Assembly (NCBI RefSeq): GCF_016432865.1
Contig: NC_067403.1
Coordinates: 245,582,001-245,646,000 of the forward strand
Source of the DNA: Antechinus flavipes
Lineage: Eukaryota
Reading direction: 5' to 3'
Length of the DNA: 64,000 nucleotides
The translations under genes were made by a program, and so were the position numbers. The notes below the pieces were generated by a model. It was not told where the DNA came from. It saw nothing but the letters and a program-made list of their open reading frames with translations, and did no database searches. Shown piece after piece: positions 36,746-49,896 of this stretch (its first letter is position 1; each line of letters starts with the position of its first letter).

Positions 36746-39040
36746 GATAGATAGAAGAATGACACTATTTGACTTCAAAGGATGTTAACTAGCAGTTTTC
36801 AGTAGAAACCAAAAGTCTCAATAGTAGTAGGGAAAAATTCTATAACTCAGTAATAATTAAAGAAATATAACTTAAAACAACTGAATCATCACCCCACAGT
36901 ATCAAATTAACTAATGTGAAAGGACAGAAAAATGACATAATGAAATGAGTGTGGGAAAATAAATACCCTAATACTTTATTTTTAGTGCTGTAAATTGGTC
37001 AAATCATTCTGGAGAAAAACTGAAAATTATGTCATTGTTATATTGGACTTGCTGCTCTTGAGAGCACTGTGATATCCCCTACTCAAGGGTGAGAGTCTTT
37101 AAGAAAGAAAATGTGTAGAGTCTAGCGATGGATAAGGCCTGGTGACAAGATATAGAACTTTGTTATTAGAACTCGTGTCCCTAAATAATATCTTTTCTAA
37201 CTCATTTCTTTGCAGCTGTGCACTCTGAAAGTCCATTACATGTCCAGGATCTTGACATAAATTGGCAAGTTCCAGGTATACACAAAAATTAGGTATTACA
37301 TATTTCAGATTTATAAGGGCATTTTGAAATATGTCATCTTCTCCAGGAGTAACCTGGAGAAAACCTTCCCTGCAACATCCCGACATGAGTTTTACTCTAT
37401 GTTGTGTGTGTGTGTCTTTAATTTATTAAGTTAATCCTTTTTCCCCATTTCCTTCCTTCCCTCCCCCAATACCATTCTTGCCAATCACTTGTCAATAAAA
37501 CTTTGTATTAAAATAAGTCCCATTTTTGTTATATTACTCTTGACATCTGAACTTACTTAAAGATTTAATTTCTTTTGACTCTTCCTATCCTACTAAACTC
37601 ATGACAAAAAGCTACTATATACACAAGGTCAGAAGAGAAGAGACAAGAAAGCAACAAAAAAGAAAGGGGGAAAAAAAAGGAAAACAATTTCTAACAAAGA
37701 TTTGTAAAGCTGTGCAAACTCCATGATTGGGATGACTTCAGAAATATTCAGTGAATATTTATATAAACTAATGCAAAATAAAGTGAGGAAAAGCAGAACA
37801 GGATGATAACATTTTAAAGATAATGAATTGTGAAAGACTTAACAACTTTGATCAATATAATGATCTATGAAAATTTCAAAGAATTGTTGATGAAAGTGCT
37901 GTCCACTTACAAAGAACAGTCTGAAAAGACTTTAAGAAATTGATGATATAGTTTCTTTGATGTCAATTGTAAAGTATGATTCCGGTGCATTATTATCAAT
38001 TTATTCCCAATTCTTCTCTTATGTTATAGAAAAGCATCCTTTTATTATAAAGTTAGAGAATGATTTTTAGTTAGCTTTTGTTAATTGTAAAATTTCTGTA
38101 AATGCTAGTTAAGTGGATTCTTTACTCAGGTTTTATTATTGGATTTAATATGTAATAACTATTTTAATTTGTTTCATTATATATTACTATAATTTACACT
38201 CTATTTTGGTTGAATTTTTCTTGTTTGATAAATTCTATTAACAAGCTTTTAAAAATTTTTAGCACCAAATACTTTGCTAGGCATTTGGTACTATACAAAT
38301 AAATTTAAAAGTAATTCTTGCCATCATTAAACTTACATTTTTTAAGGTAAAGAATACATACAAGAGAGCTACACTACCCACCACAACAGCCAATATATTT
38401 TTGAATCTCTTATTGTTAAGATCTTTATCCTTATTATAATCCCATTTCTGCCCTTTATGTCTTCCAATCATTGCCTCTGATTCTTCTCTGAAAAGCACAA
38501 GAGGTCTATTCTTTCTTCTTCATAATAATTGAAGAAAATTTCCATCTCTTCTTCCATCTCTAGTCCCAGACGTTTCATTATTTAAAAAAAATATTGTGAT
38601 ATACATATTTCAGTTATCTTAGTGGAAATTCATGTGTCTAAACCTTAAAATTAATTGGAATATTCTATACAGTTGCAGTACTTGCGTTCAAACCATAGGC
38701 TACTTGTGATCTGTGATATTCTTGGGAATAAATTTATCCACTTTTGTCAATGCTCATCTGTAAAATATGGGAGTTTGTTGACATACATTTTAATTACCTT
38801 TACAGTTAAAATGTATAAAGCCATGAATCTATTCTTGCTCTGCTAGCAATATAACGTCACCAGCCAGTCCTCATATATCATGTTTTTTGTCTCTTTAATG
38901 TTTTTGTTCTCTCCCTCTATTCACTCTAAAAATTATCAATGCCCATCCAGAACTCTATTGCCCACAATTGAACACAGTGTTCTACATATGATCTAGTCAA
39001 GTCAGAATGCAATCCTATGGCAAGTTTCCATGTGTATTAT

Positions 39041-39512
39041 TTTTTTAATAACTTTTTATTGACAGTACATATGCCTGGGTAATTTTTTACAACATTATCC
39101 CTTATACTCACTTCTGTTCCGACTTTTCCCTTCCCTCCCTCCACCACCTCCTCTAGATGGCAGGCAGTCTTATACGTTAAATATGTTATAGTATATCCTA
39201 CATACAATATATGTGTGCAGAACCGAAGTTCTCTTGTTGCACAGGAAGAATTGGATTCAGAAGGTAAAAATAACCTAAGAAGAAAAACAAAAATTCAAGT
39301 ATTTCACATTCATTTCCTTCTCTGGGTGTAGCTAATTCTGTCCATCATTGATCAATTGGAACTGAATTAGATCTTTTCTTTGTTGAAGATATTCACTTCC
39401 ATCAGAATACATCCTCATACAGTATTGTTGTTGAAGTTTATAATTATCTCCCGGTTCTACTCATTTCACTCAGCATCAGTTCATGTAAGTCTTTCCAAGT
39501 CTCTCTGTATTT
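39041..39512 (-). mobile_element. LINE-1 3' end with probable target-site duplication
   Basis: Poly-T at left; 3' UTR and ORF2 end related to 16730-16930. CATGTGTAT at 39029-39037 and 39513-39521; the right copy is followed by cttaa (TT/AAGA endonuclease site on the minus strand). Confidence 0.85.
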
Positions 39513-40879
39513 CATGTGTATCTTAATAAAGATCATATTATCTCTCTAAATTTAAAAATAACATCTTAGATTCATATTAGAAATTGAATCCATTAACCAA
39601 TTTCCCCCCAAAAGAATACCTATAATATGCCTTTTCAATGGTTTATTGTAAAACTCTGAAAAAAAGTAAAATAAATATGAGACTTTGCATTTGCTTTCTT
39701 TGAATATGTTTATATTTTCATTCTCAATGCATATCTGGTTTAGAGATGCTGAAATAAATTTTTGGTCTCATGTGGAGAGAGCATGTTAGAGGCAGGACCT
39801 CACAGAAGGTTTTACTGTCTGCTTGACTGAAAGAATCTGGTTGATGGAGATATTTATTTTTAATTTCTCTTGCTCCTTGTTCTAGCTTCTACCTGCAAAG
39901 AAGACATGAGTTCTACAATAGGATAACAAATTCTTTTTTTCTTTAATGATAAAGGGCTTTGTGAAGAGTTTTGATAAGGTGTTTAAAAAATAAAGTGCTA
40001 AAATTTGTCTTTTTCTAATAGGTGTGCTTTTCTTTGGGACAAGAACTACACACAAACCTTGTAACACAAGATTTGTATTGGCTTAATAGGAAAACAAGAT
40101 CATAAAAAATTGTATTACTATAATAACTAAAAATATAGAGTTTCCATGACAGCTTTAACAAGTCTGTAACATTTTTTTCCTTTTTTGTTGAAGAAAATAG
40201 GTAATAAATATTCTTCAACAGTAACCCATGATTACCTTTTCTCATGTCCTGTTAGAGAAATAGCTTTAGAGAATACCATCTCTCAATGCTATCCACAGAT
40301 TAGTGAAATGGTTTTAGGTTAGATTTGGTTTTGCTTTATACTAATTCTCTAATGTTTAAGTATTGTCTGAATAATATCAAAGCAATTTCTTTATACAGAC
40401 AGATTTAAGAAGAAAAATATGAATTATAAGTATCATTGGTTAATACTATTCATAGCTATAATTTTATTGAAGCTTTCAACAATCTTCTGAAGTACAATAC
40501 ATATTATAAACACTACTTTACAGATGAAAGTAAACAGACTCAATTGAATAAAATATTGAGGTCATCGATCCTATAAGCACTGGAAACACTGTTGGGACCA
40601 AGTATTCTAATTGTAACTTCAACATTTTGAATTTTAATTCTTTTACTTAGTTGCCTTTCAACAGTACACTTGCCAAAAGTAATTATCTCTTGTTCTATAA
40701 TTTATGATATCATCATTTATATCCAAATCATGTACCCATTTTCACCTTTTTTTGGTATGGTATGTGCAATGTAGTTCAATGCTGAATACTTACTATTTGC
40801 CAGTTTTACCTGCAATTTTTGTAAAACATTGAGTTCTTATTCCAGAAGCTAGAATTTGAGAATTTATCATACATTAAAT

Positions 40880-42780
40880 TACTATAGGTCTTGATTATTG
40901 TGTAGTGTGTATCTAATCGATTCCACTGATCCACCACTATTTCTTAGCCAGTATACAATAGTTTTGATGACTGCTGCTTTATAATATAGTTTTAGCTTTG
41001 GTACTATCTTTTACATACTTTCTCCCCCCAATAATTCCCTCGATATTCTTGATCTTTTGTTCTTCCAGATAAATTTTGTTATTTTTTTTCTAGTTTGATA
41101 ATTTTTTTTGGCAGTTTTACTGATTCAATATGTCTGATTTTAAGAAGAGAAGGTTGAGGTCTCCCACTACTTCAGTTTTGCTGTCTATTTCTTCTGTAAC
41201 TGGCTTAATATATTCTTCAGGAATTTGTATGCTCTATCACTTGATGCATATATACTTAATATCATTACTACTTCATTGCTTATGGTACCCTTTATCAAAA
41301 TGAACTTTCTATACCCAATGGAATGTTTAAGTTGTTCCCTCTTAGTACCAAAAATGATAAGATCAAGTTTCAGATAAAGCTCATCCCTTTTCTTTCTTTC
41401 ATTCATTGTAATAGGTTTTGTTCCTCTTTATAAGATCTAAATTGTCTCATTATACTTTCCCTTTTCTCTTCTCTTCTCTTTCCACCCCTTGATGTATTTT
41501 TCTTTGATATCATCACATCAGAGTCCATTCACAATGACACCCTCTGGCCATGCGATCCCTATCTCTGTCTGCCCTACTAATATATAGTTCTCAAGAGTTA
41601 CAGATATTGTTTTCCCATTTAACAATATAAACATTTTAAACTTTAAATAATGTATTTTTTCCTTTGACTTTCTATACTTCTCTTGAGAATTGTGTTTACA
41701 GATTAAATTTTCTTTACTAAAGTTTTTTTTTTTCAATAGAAATGATTGAAAATATTTTACTTCACAGAACATCTATAGTCTCCATTGAAAGATGATGCTC
41801 AAATAATGGTTTGGACACGTATACATATATTGTATTTAACTTATACTTTAACATATTTAACATGTATTGGTCAACCTGCCATCTGGGGAAAAGGGTGAGG
41901 GGAAGCAGGGGAAAAGTTGGAACAAAAGGTTTTGTAATTGTCAATGCTGAAAAATTACCCATGTATATATCTTGTAAATAAAAAGCTATAATTAAAAAAA
42001 AAAAAACAAACAAAAAGAAAGATGATGCTCAATCTTGCTGTGTAGTTAATTCTTGGTTGTAACCCCAGGCCCTTTGCCTTCCAAAATACAGCATTCCAGG
42101 CCCTGCAATTCTTTATTGTAGAATTTGCCAGATTCTGGGTAATACTGACTGTTGCTCCTTGATATTTGAATTATTTTTATTTGGTATCTTGTGGCATTTT
42201 TTTCCCTTTGAGACTGTAATTTTGGAGTTTTTCAACAATGTTCCTTGGGGTTTTGCTACAATGTTCCTTGGGGTTTTCCTTGTGGGATCTCTTTCCAGCA
42301 GTTATTGATAGATTCTTTCAATGAAAATTTTGCCCTCTGTTTCTAGAATATTGGGACAGTTTTCTTTGATGATCTCATGAAGAATGCTATCCAGGTTTTT
42401 TTTGGTCATGACCTTCAGGTAGACCAATAATTTTTAAATTATGTCTTCTGAATTTATTTTCCAAGCCAGCTATTCTTCTCATGAGGTATTTCCCATTTTC
42501 TTTCTTTTTTCCCATTCTTTTAGTTTGTTTGACTGATTCTTCATGTCTCATAGAGTCATTATCTTTCATTTAACCAATTCTAATATGAAAATGTGGTTTT
42601 ATTCAATTAACTTTTTTTCTCTCTCTTTCTGTTTGGTCAATTCTACTTTTGAAGGTGTTGGATTTTGTTTTGTTTTGTTTTGTATTGTTTTGTTTTTGAG
42701 CATTTTAACAATTGTATTTTTTAAGGAACTGCCTTCCTTTTCCAAGTTATTGACTATTTCTTGCACACTTCTCAATTCTT
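40880..42780 (-). mobile_element. Degraded LINE-1: ORF1, endonuclease domain and a fused downstream ORF2 piece
   Basis: ORF 42387-42569 has LENKFRRHNLKIIGLPEGHDQKK (ORF1). ORF 41185-41406 has FILIKGTISNEVVMILSIYA (endonuclease). 40880-41120 resembles 17930-18140. Confidence 0.85.
41803..42016 (+). mobile_element. Short LINE-1 3' tail inserted into the older L1, with 16-bp TSD
   Basis: GAAAGATGATGCTCAA at 41787-41802 and 42017-42032; poly-A at about 41994-42016. Confidence 0.9.
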
Positions 42781-42799
42781 TTTCCTTTTTTTTAATTTA

Positions 42800-44365
42800 A
42801 GTATTTTATTCTTTCGTTTTTTTAATTAAAGTTGTTTACTTTCAAAATATATGCATAGATGATTTTTAGCACTCATCTTTGCAAAACCTTATTTCCAAAT
42901 ATTTTTCTATCCCTTCCCCCTAAACTCCTCCCTTAGATAGCAAGTAATCCAATATGTTAAACATATGCCAATCTTCTATACATGTTGTACATTATTATCA
43001 TGCTATACAAGAAAAATCAAAACAAAAAGGAAAGACTATCAGAAAGAAAACAAAATGCAAACAAACAATAAAAAGTGTTAATATGCTCTGTTGTGTTCTG
43101 CACTCAGTACCCACAGTCCCCTCTTTAGGTGTGGATGGCTCTCTTTAACACAAGACCACTGGAATTGGCTTGAATCGCCTTGCTATTGAAAAGAGCTATG
43201 TCTGTCAGAATTGATCAGTGTATAATCTTGCTGTTACTATGTACAATATTCTCCTGGTTCTACTCACTTCACTTATCATCAATTCATGTAAGTCTCTTAG
43301 GCCTCTCAAGAATCATTTTGCTGATTGTTTCTTATAGAACAATAATATTCCATAACATTCATATGCCATAACTTATTCAGCTATTCTCCAACTGATGGGT
43401 ATCCACTCAGTTTCAAGTTTCTTGCCAATACAAAAAGGGCTGTTATAAACATTTTTGCACATGTAGGTCATTTTCCCTTTTTGATGATCTCTTTGGAATA
43501 CACCCCCAATTGAGACATTGCTGGATCAAATGGTATACATAGTTTGACCGGCCTTTGAGTGTAATTCCAAATTTCTCTTCAGAATGGTTTAATCAGTTTA
43601 CAATTCCACCAACAATGTATTCATGTCCCAATTTTTCCACATTATCTCCAATCTTCATAATTGTTTTTTTTTTCCTGTCATCTTACCCCATCTAAGAGGT
43701 ATGTAGTGGTACAGAGTTGTCTTAATTTATACTTCTCTTAATTATGATTTAGAGATTTCAAATAACTAGAAATGGTTTCAATTCCTTTATCTGTAAGCTG
43801 CCTGTTCATATACTTTTACCATTTGTCAACTAGATAACATTTTATATTCTTATAAATTTGAGTCAATTCTCTACATATTTTAGAGATTAGGTCTTTATCA
43901 GGACCCTTGTATGATTTTTTTTTTAAGTTAATTACTTCCCTTCTAATCTTGTCTCCATGGCTTTTGTTTGTACAAAAGCTTTTCAACTTAATAATCAGAA
44001 TTATTCATTTTGAATTCCATTATGTATTCTAGTTCTTCTTGGCCACAAACTCCTTCCTTCACAGATCTTAGTTCTTTGTTCTTCTATTTGCTTATAATGT
44101 GTATTTATGTCTAAATCATGAACCCATTTCAACCTTATCTTGTTAAGTTTGGGTAAATGCCTAGTTTCTGCCATACTAATTTCTGATTTTCCCAACAATT
44201 TTTTTGTGAAATAATGAGTTGTTTTCCCAGAAGCTGGAGTCTTTGGGTTTATCAAAGACTAGATTATTATTGTCATTGGATAGTGTGCCTTCTGAACCCA
44301 ACATAGTCAACTGATTTACTACTCTATTTCTTAGCTAATACCAAAAGGATTTGATGACTGATATT
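42800..44365 (-). mobile_element. 5'-truncated LINE-1 (ORF2 C-terminus plus 3' UTR)
   Basis: Collinear with 16850-18020 on the same strand; ORF 44001-44255 has KIRLKWVHDL. Confidence 0.9.
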
Positions 44366-44387
44366 TTATAATGCAGTATCAAGATAA

Positions 44388-44452
44388 CCTTTGAACTCAG
44401 ATCTTTCTGACCCCAGGCCCCGAGACATATCCACTGAACCATGTAGTTACTT
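44388..44452 (-). mobile_element. CORE SINE head fragment
   Basis: tttgaactcagatctttctgaccccaggccc...tatccactgaaccatgtag. Confidence 0.65.
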
Positions 44453-44994
44453 GATAAAAACTTATTTTGATAGCAATACTGGCATAAAGATGCTATTTTA
44501 GCCCTATTTTGGCAGAAAAAAATAGCTATGAAAAGACCAAGTTATTTGCCAAAAGCCTCATAATTAATGAATGTGGTATATTAGAAACTTGTTCTTTCAA
44601 ATTACAGGCCCAGATCTCTACCCACTGGACCACCAAACTCTTTCCAAAAATTCTTGTAATTTTATAAAGGCAATTCAGCATGCATATATTTGGTGACAAA
44701 TGCCAAGTCCATTTATATCCATCTGTCCTAGATATAGTTTTTTTACATAAAGGCAAACTCTCCATCTTGCCCATTAAATTTTATTTTTGTATTCTAAGTA
44801 CTTCATTTTCTTCATCAACTTGATTTTTAATGTCTGTACGATTAAAATAAACTGTTGTTTTTGCTTATTATTTCACATACAATCCTATGCAATATCCTTG
44901 GTTTTGATGCAATCCAAAATATATCAATATCAATCAGATATCTGGAATATAATAAGAATTCAATAAATGTTTCATGAAATTCGGTAAACCCGTT

Positions 44995-45146
44995 CATTAA
45001 CATGATCATGTAAAATTCAATAAACCTCTCTTTTCCTTTAGGGACATGTACTCATGGGGATTGAGAAAACATAAAATCTCATTCTAGCAACTAGGAGTAC
45101 AGGTAACATGAACAAAAGATTCTATCTTCCAAATAAGCAGGTAATA
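44995..45146 (+). promoter_or_regulatory. Putative OR promoter and 5' exon (module A, copy 3; for the frameshifted OR at 46371), partly degenerate
   Basis: TTTAGGGA 45037-45044; CTCATGGG 45051-45058; CATAAA 45070-45075 at the TATA position; donor CAG/GTAATA with GT at 45141. Confidence 0.6.
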
Positions 45147-46370
45147 TTCTTTGTTATCTTTACAGTGTAGCAGGCATGAAAAATGTACAATTTGAGAAGT
45201 TTAGTTCAAAAAGCTGATCACCATGCCCACTGAAGGGATGAATGAGAAAAAAATAGGGGTCATGTGGTAAATTCATTCAAATGGTAAGAGCATTAAACCA
45301 TTCTAGAAAAGCTATTAGATTACAGTTTTTAGTCATAATAATTACAAAAGCTTTTTTTTCCAATAAGAGATATAAAATAGCCTTTGTCAAAGGATATTAA
45401 TCAGTAATAATATATGGGATGCCAGTGATGTTTTGAGATAAAGACTAAGCAATTGGAAACACTTTGAAGAACAAGCAAGCTTTTTTATGTTAGTTTTTCA
45501 TGTCTCTGGGAATGAAAGACATTAAAAATAATAAAATAGTAGGCTTAGATAATCTCATATTCCTGGTAGAAAAATATTTTCTCTCTAATAAGGCAAATGG
45601 GAGTGATACTATAGAGAATGAGTTGATATATGGAATCTCCCTGGATATCATACTGTTGATAACTCTAAGAGGGAGAGACTGAAATAGAACCTTAATTCTT
45701 ACCTTTAATGATTTAGGTCCCTCCTAAAAACAGAAAATCCCTTGGCTTGGGTCATCTCTTTGCAAGCACCAGTCATAGACAAATGCCTAACAATTAGGAA
45801 GTTATATGGCACACATAGGGGTTACTTGGAATTTTAGTGAACATGATTTTAACCTATATTTCTCTCTCATGTCTTACACATTTCTTAGTCTTAAAGCCAA
45901 CTTAATGATTATTTTACCACAATTTCTTTTTAAGTAGTTCCTATATATTCTATCTTCCCTTATAATTCCATTATAATCTTTCAATGCGTTAGTTAAAGAA
46001 AATATTTCAAAGTGCATTCATAACATAATGCTGTTTCATCACTCAGGATATTTAATTTTATAATTCACTTTTTATTTTGCAAAATAAAACCACATACATT
46101 TTCTCTTGATAATTGGATGCTTACAATATGATATGATTTGATGGGATTTGATATGATATGAAATGAAATGATCAGATGTGTTATAAGATTTCAATTTGAA
46201 TGAATTCACCACATGGCACCTAAAGAGATAAAATTACATTGCAATTGAGTGGAGAAATTCCTGCTCATCTTATCTGATATTTCTACTTGATATTAGCCTG
46301 TTTATTTGTTCAGACGGTACTCAAAGTTTTATTCCTTTTATTCTTAGACTATGTTCCTTGGATGAATGAA

Positions 46371-47302
46371 ATGATCAAGTTGAATGAAACCAGAGGGAGC
46401 CAGGTGACTGAATTCATTATCATGGGCATCACAAATCGACCTGAGTTGCAGGGTCCCCTCTTTGTGGTATTTTTCCTCAATTACATGGCCACAGCTATAG
46501 GGAATCTAGGCTTGATCACCCTAACTATTGTGGATTCCCACCTCCAAACCCCCATGTATTTTTTTCTCAGACATCTGGCATTTGTTGATCTTGGTTATTC
46601 CACAACTATCGGGCCAAAAATGTTGGTTAGTTTCATAGAGGAGAAAAATATTATTTCTTATAATGGATGTGCAGTACAGTTATTTTTCTTTGGATTTTTA
46701 TTGCTAGTGAACTTTTTATCCTGTCAGCCATGGCCTATGATCGATATGTAGCTATCTGTAAGCCTCTGCTCTACATGGTCATCATGTCAGAAAGGATCTG
46801 TTGGATATTGGTGGCTATCTCCTACCTCTACTGCATCATGGTATGTTTAGTGATCACAACTGAAACTTTTAAATCATCTTTCTGTGAATCAAATATAATA
46901 AGACATTTCTATTGTGACAGTCTCCCTCTATTGTCCATTGCATGCTCAGACACAAATGAGATGCAGCTAATCATTATGACCTTTTCTGCTTTAAATTTGG
47001 TTTCTTCCCTCTTGATTATCCTTATCTCCTATGTGCTCATTCTTGTGGCCATTCTCAAGATGAACTCCTCTGAGGGCAGGCAAAAAGCATTCTCTACCTG
47101 TGGCTCTCATCTCACAGTGGTGGTTGTATTCTATGGGACACTTCTCTTCATGTACTTGCAACCTGAATCCAACCATTCACTTGACACAGACAAGATCGCC
47201 TCTGTTTTTTATACTTTAGTCATCCCCATGATCAATCCTATTATTTATAGCTTGAGGAACAAAGAGGTGAAAGGTGCCTTGAAAAGACTTTTTAAAAAAT
47301 GA
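46371..47302 (+). pseudogene. OR8K-like: OR8K-like locus with a single 1-nt deletion
   Basis: 932 nt versus 933 nt for paralogue 28930-29862. The N-terminal half is in ORF 46287-46751 and the C-terminal half in ORF 46667-47302. The frame shifts at GGATTTTTA (46692-46700). No in-frame stops otherwise. Acceptor ttcttag ends at 46347. Confidence 0.85.
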
Positions 47303-49896
47303 TGTTAGAATTCTCTTTAATGTCCAATGCAAAGTTTGATTCCATTGCATTAGTAGAAACAAGTTTCTGCTAATTTTTCAACTTTTGCAAGATTTTTTTT
47401 TTTACAGATTTTTTTTTTTTTACAGAAAACTTCTATCTTAATATGAAGTCAGATAATAATAGTTGTCACTTTTTTATAGCATGCCATTCAGAATACATAC
47501 AAATTTAAAAATAGTTTGTCATCAATGAATGTAGACTTTAAGTGAAACAAATACAAGAGAAACATTCTACCAGCAGCAGCAGCTTATCTCCTTTTGAATA
47601 TGTCTTATTCTTAACAAATGAAACCTTTTTGAAATCAGTTTTCTCGCTATCACTTCCAGCCATTTCACATGGTCATTTCTGGGAAACTGGACAAGTTGAT
47701 TCCCTTTTAATAATAATAGTTATTCAATGTTTGAATAAAACTATCCATTTATCTTGCTTCAGTCCCAGATATTTTATTCTTGGGCTAGAATGGAAAAAAA
47801 CAAAACAAAACAAAAACACTAGGATATGCGGATGTCTCAAAAATCTTTGTGCAAATTTTAGTATTGAAAACTTCAAAAGAATCAATTTTGGGACATTCTA
47901 TACCATTGCAGGATATAGATTAAGATAACAAATCTGTTACTTGTGAACCTGTGATATTCTGGGCAATCAGTATCATTTTTGGTTTATACTTATAAACAAA
48001 ATGTAGTAATTTAATGAAATAAAATTTAAGCGCCTTTCCAATAAACATTTATAAAGTTACAAAACTATTCTTTATGGGAACAAAATGGTATCTTCTACAA
48101 ATCATGATATGTTATGGGTTTTTTCCCCTCTAATGTTATTGTTGCATCCTTCTACTCATTTTGGAAGCTTTCAATTACCATTCTAAACAATGTCACCCAA
48201 AATAAGACACAGTGGTTCAAAGGTTGTCTCATCAAGGCCAAATGCAACAGGACTATCCCATCCTATGTCAGGATGATCCATCTTTCTTCATGAAAATCAA
48301 ATTTCCTTTCTTAGAAAATATATACTAGCCTTGACATATTCAAGTTGAAATCCACTAAAAACTCTGAATTTTCTTCAAAAGAATGTCTAGAAATATATCT
48401 TTCCTATTATTCATTTGTGGTACTTAAAAAATAAATCAACATAAGAATTTACATTTGTCCCATTTGAATTACTTTACATTTTTAATCTCATATGAATGCA
48501 CATCTGATATAGGAACTTTTAGGAGAAAATACTTGATTTTTTTTCCAGAAAAGAGGCCTATAAGCAGAAATCCCTGAAATTTTACTGGCTGGTTATATGG
48601 AAAAGAATCTGTTTTATAGATCTAAATTTACTCACTGCTATTTCCAACTTCCACCCCAGATAGAGAAATACAGGTGTGTATCAGTCATATTGACAGTTTT
48701 TTCCCTAGTTTTCTTCAATAACAAAATACTTGGGGAAGAATTTTAATCAGAAATTCTGGATATTATTTCAATTGGCCTGAATTATAACAAGTATGAGGAG
48801 GGAAAACATTATGGAATTTAAAATGTTTCTTATAAAAACACTAGAGAAAGTGCTGGCAATTGTCTTTTTCTAAGTAATGTACTTTTCTTATGGATTGGCA
48901 CAACACACGATTCACACAACATATAGTTTACCTTGGTTTGAAGGAAAACAAAATCATTTCACTAATAAGAGTTTGATTATTATGATATTTGAAAACATAG
49001 GTTTTGCATAATAACCTTGAAGATTCTCCAGATTTTTATTTCTATTAAATAAAAAACAAATAACTGATAGCTTTTCCCCAGCAGTAACCCAACCCAAACC
49101 CTGTGAGTTGAAATAATTTCATAGAATATCCACTGCAAATGTTATTCTTACTATGATAAAATCATCATAGGGAAGGTTTTATTTTGTTTTGCTCTTTTTT
49201 TCCCCTCTTAAAAAGATTATTTCAGAGTAGTAAGAATCATATTAATGTATTTTCATTATACACTTTTTTAAAGACAGTCTAATAAGTTGCTATTTGAAGA
49301 TAGAGTTCATAAATATTTTTCACAAATTAGTTGTAATAAATATTTTAACATCATTTCACAGATAAAGAAATTGAATCTCAAAAAAGATTTAATAATGTGC
49401 TGAGGTCATCTAGCCCATTAACTGTGGGTACAAGGTTGGAACCAGGTCTTTCTTATTATAAATTCAACTTCTTCATTTTACTTCTTATACAAGGCTGCCT
49501 CTCAACCCAGGGGAATCTAATTATTCATTATAATCATCATCATCAGATTCACCACCAACCTTTATCATCATCAATTCTGTTCCCTTTCTTTTCCTTCTCT
49601 TCATGATTTTCACCCTTACCATCATCATCATCATCCTATGCACACTTCTCTAGCAAATGCTCTTCTGTTCATGCACTGGATCAAGTATTGCGGTACATGC
49701 ACAGAAATATCAAAATTATTATTGTGCTATATTTAAAATATTTATGAAAGTCACAATGAAAATGAATGGGAAGGTGAATATGCCACTGAGAAATATTTGA
49801 ATTTAGACTAAGTCAAAGAGAAATCAGAAGTACACACATATTTGAATGTCTACATTAAGTCAATAATTAATCAAAAATATTTAATAAACACTTACT

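Noticed and set aside
40242-40252. TCATGTCCTGT match to block C
   Set aside because: Flanks do not align; likely chance, so no block C copy is called in the pseudogene unit.
46126-46170. (ATATG)n-like relic shared with 56350-56390
   Set aside because: Explained by inheritance of an old microsatellite through duplication; no independent sign of function.
46287-46370. Upstream part of the 154-aa ORF (TTG start)
   Set aside because: Crosses the conserved splice acceptor at 46347, so it is intronic.
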